Of a DNA stretch of 64,000 nucleotides, positions 39,482 through 47,839 are shown one piece after another. The DNA is from an uncultured Gammaproteobacteria bacterium (GTDB lineage Bacteria; Pseudomonadota; Gammaproteobacteria; Steroidobacterales; BM003). The stretch is taken from assembly GCA_963823435.1 (NCBI GenBank), contig CAWGLN010000001.1, positions 852,872-916,871 on the forward strand, given 5' to 3'. Positions within the stretch are counted from its first letter, which is position 1, and each line of letters opens with the position of its first letter. The translations under genes and the position numbers were made by a program. The notes beneath the pieces were generated by a model. It saw nothing but the letters and a program-made list of their open reading frames with translations. It was not told where the DNA came from and did not search any database.

Positions 39482-39694
39482 ATGTTAAAGATTGTAATCC
39501 TGGCCCTGTTGGCGGCCATTGTCCTGAGCCTCGGCTCGGGGCTGGTGTTTCTGTACAAGGACCAGGGAGGCAGCCGTCGCCTGGTCAAGGCGCTGACCCT
39601 GCGTATCGGCTTTTCCCTGCTGCTGTTCGTGTTGCTGTTCCTGGCCTGGGCCATGGGGTGGATTGAGCCTCACGGGGCCCTGCCCCCGGCATAA
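39482..39694 (+). CDS. Small two-TM protein typical of aa3 oxidase clusters (twin-TM-helix / DUF2909-like)
   Basis: 70 aa: MLKIVILALLAAIVLSLGSGLVFLYK....LTLRIGFSLLLFVLLFLAW. It lies on the opposite strand between SURF1 and coxC. Confidence 0.6.
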   Translation: MLKIVILALLAAIVLSLGSGLVFLYKDQGGSRRLVKALTLRIGFSLLLFVLLFLAWAMGWIEPHGALPPA

Positions 39695-39717
39695 AAAAGG
39701 CGCTGCCTGGCAGCGCC
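39693..39717 (-). terminator. Rho-independent terminator downstream of coxC (also closes the small + strand gene)
   Basis: GGCGCTG-cctgg-CAGCGCC is a stem. On the minus strand it is followed by TTTTTT. Confidence 0.55.
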
Positions 39718-39751
39718 CCTTCCATTCACGCCGGGGCGTGACTACTGGCGC

Positions 39752-40621
39752 TTACAGCCAGTATACAAAGATAAACAATCCCAGCCACACGACGTCTACG
39801 AAGTGCCAATACCAGGCGGCTGCTTCAAAACCGAAATGATGTTCCGGAAGGAAGTGACCTTTCATGGTGCGAAACCAGATTACCGTGAGCATGATTGCAC
39901 CCACCGTTACGTGCATGCCGTGGAAACCGGTCAACATGTAGAAAGTTGAGCCGTAAATGCCACTGCCCAGGGTCAGGTTCAGCTCCTGGTAGGCGTGGTG
40001 ATATTCATAGGCCTGCAAACCGACGAACAGGAAGCCCAGTGCGAAGGTCAGGAACAGGAAAATGTTCAGCAGGCGACGGTTACCCTCTTTGATTGCATGG
40101 TGCGCCACGGTGACCGTGGCGCCAGAGGTCAACAGGATGAGAGTGTTGAGGGCCGGAAGACCCCAGGGACTCATGACTTCGTAGTCACCGCCTACATCAG
40201 CAGGGCCGTTGGTCGGCCAGGTGCTTTGGTATTGTGACCAGTTCAGCATTTGGGTGAAAAAGTTGTTGCCCTCACCACCCAGCCACGGCACGGAGAGGCT
40301 CCGGGCGTAGAACAATGCGCCGAAGAACGCAGCGAAGAACATGACTTCCGAGAAGATGAACCAGCTCATACCCATGCGGAAGGATTTGTCCACCTGCAGG
40401 TTGTAGGCTCCGCCCTCGCTCTCGGCGATCACATTGCCAAACCAGCCGGCCATCATGGTCACCAGGATGGCTACGCCAACCAGGAAGAGGTATTTGCCAA
40501 AGGCAGCCTCATTGAGCCAGGAAGAAGCGCCAACCATCAGCGATATGAGACCCAGCGAGCCAACAATTGGCCAGTGGCTGCCATGTGGGACGTAATACGC
40601 AGTACCTTGTTTTGCCAGCAT
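39752..40621 (-). CDS. coxC: Cytochrome c oxidase subunit III
   Basis: 289 aa with YYVPHGSHWPIVGS.., GFHGMHVTVG and WYWHFVDVVWL. Confidence 0.9.
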   Translation of the reverse strand: MLAKQGTAYYVPHGSHWPIVGSLGLISLMVGASSWLNEAAFGKYLFLVGVAILVTMMAGWFGNVIAESEGGAYNLQVDKSFRMGMSWFIFSEVMFFAAFFGALFYARSLSVPWLGGEGNNFFTQMLNWSQYQSTWPTNGPADVGGDYEVMSPWGLPALNTLILLTSGATVTVAHHAIKEGNRRLLNIFLFLTFALGFLFVGLQAYEYHHAYQELNLTLGSGIYGSTFYMLTGFHGMHVTVGAIMLTVIWFRTMKGHFLPEHHFGFEAAAWYWHFVDVVWLGLFIFVYWL

Positions 40622-40654
40622 CGTTATTTCCGTATTTCGTTTGTTGTGAAAATC

Positions 40655-41203
40655 TTATCGAGCGGCCGTGGCCAGCCCGGCTTGTGAATAAAAATTGTAG
40701 GACAAGGTCACCGTATCCACATGCCCAGGGAGTTCCGGATCGACGATAAATCGCACCGTCATCTCGCGCTCCTCGCTGGCAGCGAAAGCCTGGGGCGTAA
40801 AACAAAAGCACTCGGTCTTGCGGAAGTACTTGTTGGCGACAGCGGGCTTGATATCAGGGGTCGCCAGTCCGGTTACCGCATGATCCAGCATATTGCGAGC
40901 CACGTAAGTCGTCGAATAAAGCTTGCCCGGATGAACTTTCATCTTGGATACGATGGGATCGAACTGCCAGCTCGTGCCGGCGACCCGGTTAGCCACGAAC
41001 TCGATGGTGATTTCCCGGTCCAGGACCGGTGCCTCCTGCACCTGCCCGGCATCGGTCACAACAATTTCGCTACGGATGCCCGTGATCTCGCAGAAGGCGT
41101 CGTATAACGGCACCAGGGCGAAACCAAAACCAAACATGGCGAGTGTCATTGCACCCAGCTTGAGGCCCAGGACCCGGTGTTGCTGTTTGAGACTGGTGCC
41201 CAT
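40655..41203 (-). CDS. ctaG: Cytochrome c oxidase assembly protein CtaG/Cox11
   Basis: [12 protein letters not shown].. and ECFCFT.. are Cox11 copper-site motifs. Confidence 0.85.
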   Translation of the reverse strand: MGTSLKQQHRVLGLKLGAMTLAMFGFGFALVPLYDAFCEITGIRSEIVVTDAGQVQEAPVLDREITIEFVANRVAGTSWQFDPIVSKMKVHPGKLYSTTYVARNMLDHAVTGLATPDIKPAVANKYFRKTECFCFTPQAFAASEEREMTVRFIVDPELPGHVDTVTLSYNFYSQAGLATAAR

Positions 41204-41328
41204 TAAGCCCTAACCGCGTGTCGCCACGGAGGCGATGAAAGCAACATAGAAAGCAACCGCAATCAACGCCAGGATAATGGCGTTGCGTCGAATCTTGCCG
41301 GTACCTCTGCTTGCGCTCATGCTGGTAC

Positions 41329-42915
41329 TCACTTGACTTCAGGCGCAGTCGTGAAGCTGTGGTACGGGGGCGGCGAAGTCAAAGTCCACTCCAGCCCTCG
41401 CGGCTCGTCCCAGACCTTGTCCGTGGCCTTTACGCCACCCTTGGCACATTTGTATACGACGTACACGAAGAGCAATTGCGCCAGGCCAAAACCAAAGCCG
41501 CCAATGGAAGAAACCATATTGAAGTCGGCGAACTGGGTGGCGTAGTCGGGGATACGCCGCGGCATACCGGCCAGGCCAAGGAAGTGTTGCGGGAAGAACA
41601 GCACGTTCACAAAAATGGCGGACAGCCAGAAATGCAGCTTGCCCAGTCTTTCGTCGTACATGTGACCAGTCCACTTCGGCAGCCAGTAGTAGACGCCCGC
41701 CATGATGGCGAACACGGCGCCAGGCACCAGCACGTAGTGGAAGTGAGCAACAACGAAGTAGGTGTCATGGTACTGGAAGTCCACCGGGGCAATGGCCAGC
41801 ATCAGCCCGGAGAAACCGCCGATCGTGAACAGGAACACGAATGCCAGCGAGAACAGCATGGGTGTCTCGAAGGTCATCGCTCCGCGCCACATGGTAGACA
41901 CCCAGTTGAATACCTTCACGCCCGTCGGTACGGCAATCATCATGGTTGAGAACATGAAGAACAGCTGGCCTGCGATGGGCATGCCAACGGTGAACATGTG
42001 GTGGGCCCACACGATGAATGACAGGAAAGCGATACTGGCGGTTGCGTACACCATGGCTTCGTAGCCAAACAGCGGCTTGCGCGAAAAGGTCGGGATGATC
42101 TCCGAGATAATGCCGAAGGCCGGCAGAATCATGATGTACACCTCGGGATGACCGAAGAACCAGAATATGTGCTGGAACAGCACCGGATCTCCACCGCCTG
42201 CGGCGTTGAAGAAGGTGGTGCCAAAGTACTGGTCAGTCAGGATCATGGTCACGGCGCCGGCCAGTACCGGCATCACTGCGACCAGCAGATAGGCGGTGAT
42301 CAGCCAGGTCCACACGAACAGCGGCATTTTCAGCAAGGTCATGCCAGGTGCGCGCATGTTCATAATGGTAACGACGATGTTGATTGCGCCCATGATCGAG
42401 GAAATGCCCATCATGTGTATCGCGAAGATCAGGAAGGGCAGCGCCGCCCCGGTCTGTTGAAGCAGCGGTGGATACATGGTCCAGCCGCCAGCGGGTGCGC
42501 CACCGGGCATGAACAGGGTTGAGAGCAGCATGCTGAAGGCAAACGGCAGAATCCAGAAGCTCCAGTTATTCATGCGCGGCAGGGCCATGTCGGGGGCGCC
42601 GATCATGATTGGTATCATCCAGTTGGCCAGGCCGACGGTCGCGGGCATGACCGCACCGAACACCATGATCAGCGCGTGCATGGTGGTCATCTGGTTGAAG
42701 AATCCCGGTTCTACCAATTGCAGGCCAGGCTGGAATAGCTCGGCCCGAATAATCATGGCCATGGCGCCGCCGATCATGAACATGGCCAGGGAGAAAATCA
42801 GGTACATCGTGCCGATGTCTTTGTGATTGGTCGCAAACAGCCAGCGTCTCCAGCCCTTTACGGGACCGTGATCATGGTGATCATCATGCTGGCTGTGGGT
42901 GTCAACTTGACTCAT
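41329..42915 (-). CDS. ctaD: Cytochrome c oxidase subunit I (aa3 type)
   Basis: 528 aa with WLFATNHKDIGTMYL, GHPEVYI, WAHHMF and HFHYV. Confidence 0.95.
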   Translation of the reverse strand: MSQVDTHSQHDDHHDHGPVKGWRRWLFATNHKDIGTMYLIFSLAMFMIGGAMAMIIRAELFQPGLQLVEPGFFNQMTTMHALIMVFGAVMPATVGLANWMIPIMIGAPDMALPRMNNWSFWILPFAFSMLLSTLFMPGGAPAGGWTMYPPLLQQTGAALPFLIFAIHMMGISSIMGAINIVVTIMNMRAPGMTLLKMPLFVWTWLITAYLLVAVMPVLAGAVTMILTDQYFGTTFFNAAGGGDPVLFQHIFWFFGHPEVYIMILPAFGIISEIIPTFSRKPLFGYEAMVYATASIAFLSFIVWAHHMFTVGMPIAGQLFFMFSTMMIAVPTGVKVFNWVSTMWRGAMTFETPMLFSLAFVFLFTIGGFSGLMLAIAPVDFQYHDTYFVVAHFHYVLVPGAVFAIMAGVYYWLPKWTGHMYDERLGKLHFWLSAIFVNVLFFPQHFLGLAGMPRRIPDYATQFADFNMVSSIGGFGFGLAQLLFVYVVYKCAKGGVKATDKVWDEPRGLEWTLTSPPPYHSFTTAPEVK

Positions 42916-42930
42916 TACTATCGTCTCCGC

Positions 42931-43776
42931 TTAAAGCTTGCGCGTAGCTGTAACGTTTTCGGGGGAGGCCACGGTGTTGGCGGTTTGTTCCGCCAGCCAG
43001 GCCTCGAATTCATCACGTTCGAGAACGTGGACGACCACCGGCATGAACCCGTGGTCGCGACCGCACAGTTCGGCACACTGGCCGCGGTAAATTCCCGGCA
43101 GGTCCGCCTTGAACCAGGCTTCGTTGATATAGCCGGGGATAGCGTCCTTTTTGACCGCGAAATCCGGGACCCACCAGGAGTGCAAAACGTCAGAGGCAGT
43201 CAGCAAGAGTCTCACCTTGGCGCCTACCGGAACCACCAGGGCGTTATCCACTTCCAGCAGGTAGTTCTTGACAGTGTAGGGGTCAGTCCCCGAGTTGACC
43301 TTGCGCGCCCGGTTGCTCTCACGATCCAGGGTGCTGTAGAAACCGATGTCGTGATCCAGGTAGTCGTAGCGCCAGCGCCACTGCATCCCGGTGACTTTGA
43401 CGGTCATGTCGGCATTACGCGTGTCTTCGGCCCGGATCAGGCCCTCGGCAGAGGGCACGGCCATGGCGATCAGGATCACGATGGGTATGACGGTCCAGGC
43501 GATCTCGGCCTTGGTGCTGTGATGAAATTGTGCCGGAACCACACCGCGCGATTTGCGGTGAAGAACAATGGACACAATCATTACGCCGAATACCACGATG
43601 GCGATGGCGATACAGACGCCCAGGATCAGCATATGCAATCCGTAGACTTCCTTGCTGATTTCCGTTACGCCAACGGGCATATTCAGCGCCCAGTCGGCCA
43701 GGGCGGCGGGCGCGAATGCGCTTGCGAATAATGCCAGCGCTGCGCCTTGCAGCCGGTTAAAGATGGTGCGGGACAT
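42931..43776 (-). CDS. coxB: Cytochrome c oxidase subunit II
   Basis: CuA site DVLHSWWVPDF..GQCAELCGRDHGFMP and a signal peptide after ATG 43776. AGGAG lies 9 nt upstream. The longer in-frame start at 43884 is judged less likely. Confidence 0.9.
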   Translation of the reverse strand: MSRTIFNRLQGAALALFASAFAPAALADWALNMPVGVTEISKEVYGLHMLILGVCIAIAIVVFGVMIVSIVLHRKSRGVVPAQFHHSTKAEIAWTVIPIVILIAMAVPSAEGLIRAEDTRNADMTVKVTGMQWRWRYDYLDHDIGFYSTLDRESNRARKVNSGTDPYTVKNYLLEVDNALVVPVGAKVRLLLTASDVLHSWWVPDFAVKKDAIPGYINEAWFKADLPGIYRGQCAELCGRDHGFMPVVVHVLERDEFEAWLAEQTANTVASPENVTATRKL

Positions 43777-44403
43777 CAAACCCAACTCCTGTGTTTTACG
43801 AATCCAGATCCATGCGCCCGTGTAGAAATACCAACCGAGATATACCAACACAGGGCTCACAAGCCAGTAATATTCCCCGGTCAATCCGGGGTCTTCCGCT
43901 GTTCATCGCGACAGCCAGCTACTTCAACGATATTCTTCTATCTATTGCCGGGTGGCCTTTTCTGCGGGCCTTCCAACGTCCAGCAGACGGCAGTTCTTCT
44001 GGTCAGGCTATAGATTTTTGCACGGGGTTGGCGGGTATATTGCCAAACGGCGCTCGATACACGAACGCGTTGCCGACAGCCACGGCCCTTCCTTTCCCCT
44101 CGGTGTATTCTGCAAATCAAGTGACAAGCGGCGCCACCCGGTCGGGGTCGGAGGGCATGCCTGGCAGTTTTGCGTATAAGCCGCCAGTTTCACACCCAAC
44201 CTCTGTCCAGGGCTATATCCTGCCTTGTTCCGGAGGTCCCCGCCGCTTATCGACGAACGGCGCAATGGTACTAGAAGGTGATTATTGGTGCAATTTGGTT
44301 TGTACCTCGGTGTTCGGTTCTAGGGTGTTGAATTTTATAAAGGATTTTGCACTCTTGGGGAATAGGGTTTTACGCCCCCGGTTCTCGTCAGTGCTTCACC
44401 GCC

Positions 44404-45294
44404 TCAGGCGGACGGCCTGCGACCACCCAGTTTTGACAGCGGGATCGAGGTTTCCCCGTCGGGATTGGTGCGCTGGGCTGGTGCCCGGGCCCATGCGTGG
44501 CCGTATACCACCTCATAGGTGGCGGGCAATCCGCCGGGGCCGCGAAGAGCCTCGTAGGCCGCGGCGAACGCCTGGTGGCGGGCCACGCTTGTGAGCCCGC
44601 GGGATCGTCCGGCGGTAAGGTTGCTTTCGCCAGTATCTCTCAGGTCCGCCACCAGTGCCTGTACATCACTGTAGTGGATGGTGATGTGCTCCACATCCAG
44701 CACGGGATCGGCGAACCCGGCTCGAATCAGGGCGTCGCCGATATCATGCATATCGACAAACAGGTTCACGTGACTGTATTGATCCGCTTTGCTCCAGGCC
44801 AGGCGAAGTTCTTTTAGAGTGTCCGGCCCGAAGGTTGCGAAACTCAGCAGTCCACCGGGTCGCAGGACCCGGGCAAATTCCGCGAAAACCTGGTCAAGGT
44901 TGGCGTCCCAGTGCAGTGCAAGGTTGGAAACGACAAGGTCGTGGGAATCCCCTGCCAGGGGCAGATCGGCCAGCTTTGCGCAAATCCGTTGAAACTTCCG
45001 AATCAACCCCTGTCTCGACCTGGTTCGGGAGAGCATGGCTGTGGATAGATCCAGCGCGCTGATACCGGCGCGCCGGTATCGCCGGGCAAGACCGGCGGCG
45101 AGCTGCCCGGTGCGACAGCCTGCATCCAGAACCCTGCCGGGATTCAACCTGACCAACTCCAGGCGCTCGAGAAGCCGCTTGCACACTTCCCGCTGCAGCA
45201 TTGCTGCGTTGTCATAGGATGGGGCGGCAAGGTCCAGGTTTCGCCTTAGCTGCCGAAGGTCTATTTCAAAGCGCTTGTGAGGGTGTTCGGTCAT
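44404..45294 (-). CDS. bioC: BioC-like SAM-dependent methyltransferase (malonyl-ACP O-methyltransferase family)
   Basis: AAPSYDNAAMLQREV.., VLDAGCRTG, LVVSNLALHW and VLRPGGLLSFATFG are collinear with E. coli BioC. No other bio genes are in the window. Confidence 0.65.
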   Translation of the reverse strand: MTEHPHKRFEIDLRQLRRNLDLAAPSYDNAAMLQREVCKRLLERLELVRLNPGRVLDAGCRTGQLAAGLARRYRRAGISALDLSTAMLSRTRSRQGLIRKFQRICAKLADLPLAGDSHDLVVSNLALHWDANLDQVFAEFARVLRPGGLLSFATFGPDTLKELRLAWSKADQYSHVNLFVDMHDIGDALIRAGFADPVLDVEHITIHYSDVQALVADLRDTGESNLTAGRSRGLTSVARHQAFAAAYEALRGPGGLPATYEVVYGHAWARAPAQRTNPDGETSIPLSKLGGRRPSA

Positions 45295-45582
45295 GGGAAG
45301 GAGATTCTACTACCTGGTTGCCCGGACCCCGCTCCTGCTTTGAGTATTTCTTCACAGGGCTGTCGGGAATCACTGCGGATTGCGATAACTTCCTGAAACA
45401 GGCGTCCATCCCCCGGTAATGGGTGGCGTAAATCCGGAAAATGTAAGCAATCATTTGAAAACTATTTGAACTTTTTCACGGAGATGTTCGCATTTTTAAG
45501 GCATTTTTCCGGATTTTCAGCTGTTTTCCTTCCACACCTGGAGCCATGCTCGTTCCCGACAAGCTACTTGAACGGGGGCAAG

Positions 45583-46290
45583 ATGGCGTTGCAAGGTCTG
45601 TCTCGCTGGCTCCAGGGGCCGGCGCGCTGCTATCTGTGTTGGGGCCGCGCCTCAGGGCTGCTGTGTGAAACCTGTCGCGAGGAACTGCCGGGTCCGCGCA
45701 GTGCGTGTCTGCGTTGCGGTGGCCGGTTGCCGCGACCGGCATCCGGTTGCGGGGCCTGTCAGAATCGCAGGCTGCCGTACGACCTGTTGTGGTCGCCGAT
45801 GGATTATCGTTTTCCGGTAGACCGCTTGATCCAGGCGTTGAAGTTCAAGGGCGACCTGGTGGCGGGCAGGGTGCTGGCGGCAATGCTCTTGCCCGGACCG
45901 GATTATGGCTCCCTGCCGCTGCCGCAGGCGATTCTGCCTATGCCCCTGCACCCACGGCGACAGCGCGCGAGGGGCTTTAACCAGTGCATTGAGATTGCCC
46001 GGCACCTGGCCAGGGAACTGGAGTTGCCTATCCTGGAAGGGTATTTGGAACGCTGGCGCAACGATCCCCCCCAGACCAGCCTGGATGCTGTGCAGCGTCG
46101 CCGCAATGTGCGCGGCGCCTACAGGTTGCGTGCCGCGATGAGCACGCTTCCGCCCAGTGTGCTGCTACTAGACGATGTGGTTACTACCGGATCCACGGTG
46201 CATGCCGCTGCGACCGTGCTCAAGCAGGGGGGAGTCAGGCGTGTGGAGGTCTGGGCGGTGGCCCGTGCAGCAGGCGCCGGACCCCTCTAG
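45583..46290 (+). CDS. comF: ComF family protein (phosphoribosyltransferase domain)
   Basis: N-terminal Cys pairs (CYLC..CETC..CLRCG..CGAC) and a C-terminal PRTase motif (VLLLDDVVTTGST). Confidence 0.8.
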   Translation: MALQGLSRWLQGPARCYLCWGRASGLLCETCREELPGPRSACLRCGGRLPRPASGCGACQNRRLPYDLLWSPMDYRFPVDRLIQALKFKGDLVAGRVLAAMLLPGPDYGSLPLPQAILPMPLHPRRQRARGFNQCIEIARHLARELELPILEGYLERWRNDPPQTSLDAVQRRRNVRGAYRLRAAMSTLPPSVLLLDDVVTTGSTVHAAATVLKQGGVRRVEVWAVARAAGAGPL

Positions 46291-46302
46291 GGGGGTGTTT
46301 TT

Positions 46303-47217
46303 CTAGAGAGGCACCTGGGGCGTGAAAGTAAAGTGCAGCAGAATGCCGACGAAGACCCAGGCACCGAGCAGATTATTGTTGAGAAAAGCCCGGAAACAGC
46401 CGTCCGGGTCACGCTTGCGTATCAGCCGCCATTGGTACACGGAAGCGGCCGCGGCGGCGGCCACGCCAAGCCCGTACCAGGGTCCAAGTCCGGCCGTGGT
46501 TCCTATCATCACCAGACCGGCCACCAGTGCCAGCTGCAGGATCCCGATGACAAAAACATCCGCGTCCCCGAACAGGATGGCGGTGGATTTAATACCGATA
46601 GCCAGGTCGTCCTCGCGGTCGACCATCGCATACATCGTGTCGTACACCGTGGCCCATACCACCACGACCAGGAAAATCAGCCACGCCAATTGGGGGATTT
46701 CACCGGTTTGGGCCGCAAAGGCCATGGGCACGCCCCAGCCAAAAGCCGCACCTAACACCAGTTGCGGCAGATGGGTGATGCGCTTGGCAAAGGGGTAGAT
46801 TGAGGCCAGGGCGGCGCCGCCCACGGCCATGTAGATGGTCAGGCGGTTCATGCTCAACACCAGTCCGAAGGCGATCAGCATCAGGCCAAAAAACAAGAAC
46901 AGCGCTTCCGTGGAACTGACTTTGCCGGCCGCAAGCGGTCGTTGCCGGGTCCGCGCGACGTGCCGGTCAAAATTCCTGTCCGCCAGGTCGTTGATAACGC
47001 AGCCTGCGGAACGCAGCAGGAACACGCCCAGGACAAACACCAGGAACACCCGCGGGTTCGGCCTGCCGCTGCCTGCAATCCACAGGGCCCACAAGGTTGG
47101 CCAAAGCAGCAGCATGGTTCCGATAGGACGATCCAGCCGCATCAACAGGCCGTATTGAAAAAGTTGCGCCATCAGCCGTGAAGTTCGTGTTGCTGGCTGG
47201 GTGTGGACGCGGTTCAT
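46303..47217 (-). CDS. ubiA: 4-hydroxybenzoate octaprenyltransferase
   Basis: MRLDRPIGTMLLLWPTLWALW.., NDLADRNFD and YDTMYAMVDREDD. The ATG overlaps the ubiC stop as ATGA. Confidence 0.9.
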   Translation of the reverse strand: MNRVHTQPATRTSRLMAQLFQYGLLMRLDRPIGTMLLLWPTLWALWIAGSGRPNPRVFLVFVLGVFLLRSAGCVINDLADRNFDRHVARTRQRPLAAGKVSSTEALFLFFGLMLIAFGLVLSMNRLTIYMAVGGAALASIYPFAKRITHLPQLVLGAAFGWGVPMAFAAQTGEIPQLAWLIFLVVVVWATVYDTMYAMVDREDDLAIGIKSTAILFGDADVFVIGILQLALVAGLVMIGTTAGLGPWYGLGVAAAAAASVYQWRLIRKRDPDGCFRAFLNNNLLGAWVFVGILLHFTFTPQVPL

Positions 47218-47765
47218 GCCGTGCTCCTGAACACGCCCGGCAGGAAAATTTCTTCTACCAGCACGCTCCCGCCTTCCAGGTGAAACCGGGAGCGGCGCGC
47301 CCACAGGACTGGCGGGCGCGATCCACAACCCTGCACGGCACGTTCGTAGCGCGGTTGGCCGGCCTGGATGGCCATGAATTCGAATTTGCTTCTGGAGACG
47401 TCGGGCAAGGCCGACAGCGCATCACCCAGCGGCTTCTGCGCCAGGGTTTGCAGCCAGGGGTGAAGCGTGACCACCTCCGCAGGGAACCAGCTCAGCGCGT
47501 AGATCAGACGCTCATTACCCACCGACAGGGCAACCTCCCGCAGCCAGTCCGTACTTTCGCCAGCACGCCCCACGGGCTCCTCGCGCAATACCTCCAGACT
47601 CACCGGCAGCCTGTTGTTCTTGCGCAATCGCGGCGTCAGCAAGCCCTCGAAGCTCAGCCACTCCATCACCGCCGGATCCGGGTTCAGCTGTGTGAGTTGT
47701 TCTGCGTCCAGCCAGGGTGTCCCACCTGCGGGTGTGTTCTGGATCTGTGGATTACTCACTGTCAT
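47214..47765 (-). CDS. ubiC: Chorismate pyruvate-lyase
   Basis: It lies immediately upstream of, and is translationally coupled to, ubiA. The size is about 183 aa, and the EGLLT..L...REV.L....R..YA.SW.P pattern is present. Confidence 0.7.
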   Translation of the reverse strand: MTVSNPQIQNTPAGGTPWLDAEQLTQLNPDPAVMEWLSFEGLLTPRLRKNNRLPVSLEVLREEPVGRAGESTDWLREVALSVGNERLIYALSWFPAEVVTLHPWLQTLAQKPLGDALSALPDVSRSKFEFMAIQAGQPRYERAVQGCGSRPPVLWARRSRFHLEGGSVLVEEIFLPGVFRSTA

Positions 47766-47839
47766 GTCCTGGCTTTCGGTGTCTGGGTGGTCGCCATGTC
47801 CGGGTGCCATAGGGTAAACCAAGGTCGCTGCGATGCAAG

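Noticed and set aside
43777-43884. An N-terminal extension of coxB (MTGEYYWLVSPVLVYLGWYFYTGAWIWI...) as an extra TM helix or a small upstream ORF.
   Set aside because: A strong AGGAG RBS and a canonical signal peptide favour ATG 43776. The extension would place a TM helix ahead of a signal peptide, which is atypical. It cannot be fully excluded.
45420-45480. A possible BirA operator in the bioC-comF spacer (TGTAAGC...).
   Set aside because: Only one weak half-site is present, and no matching inverted half (GGTTTACA-like) lies at the expected spacing.
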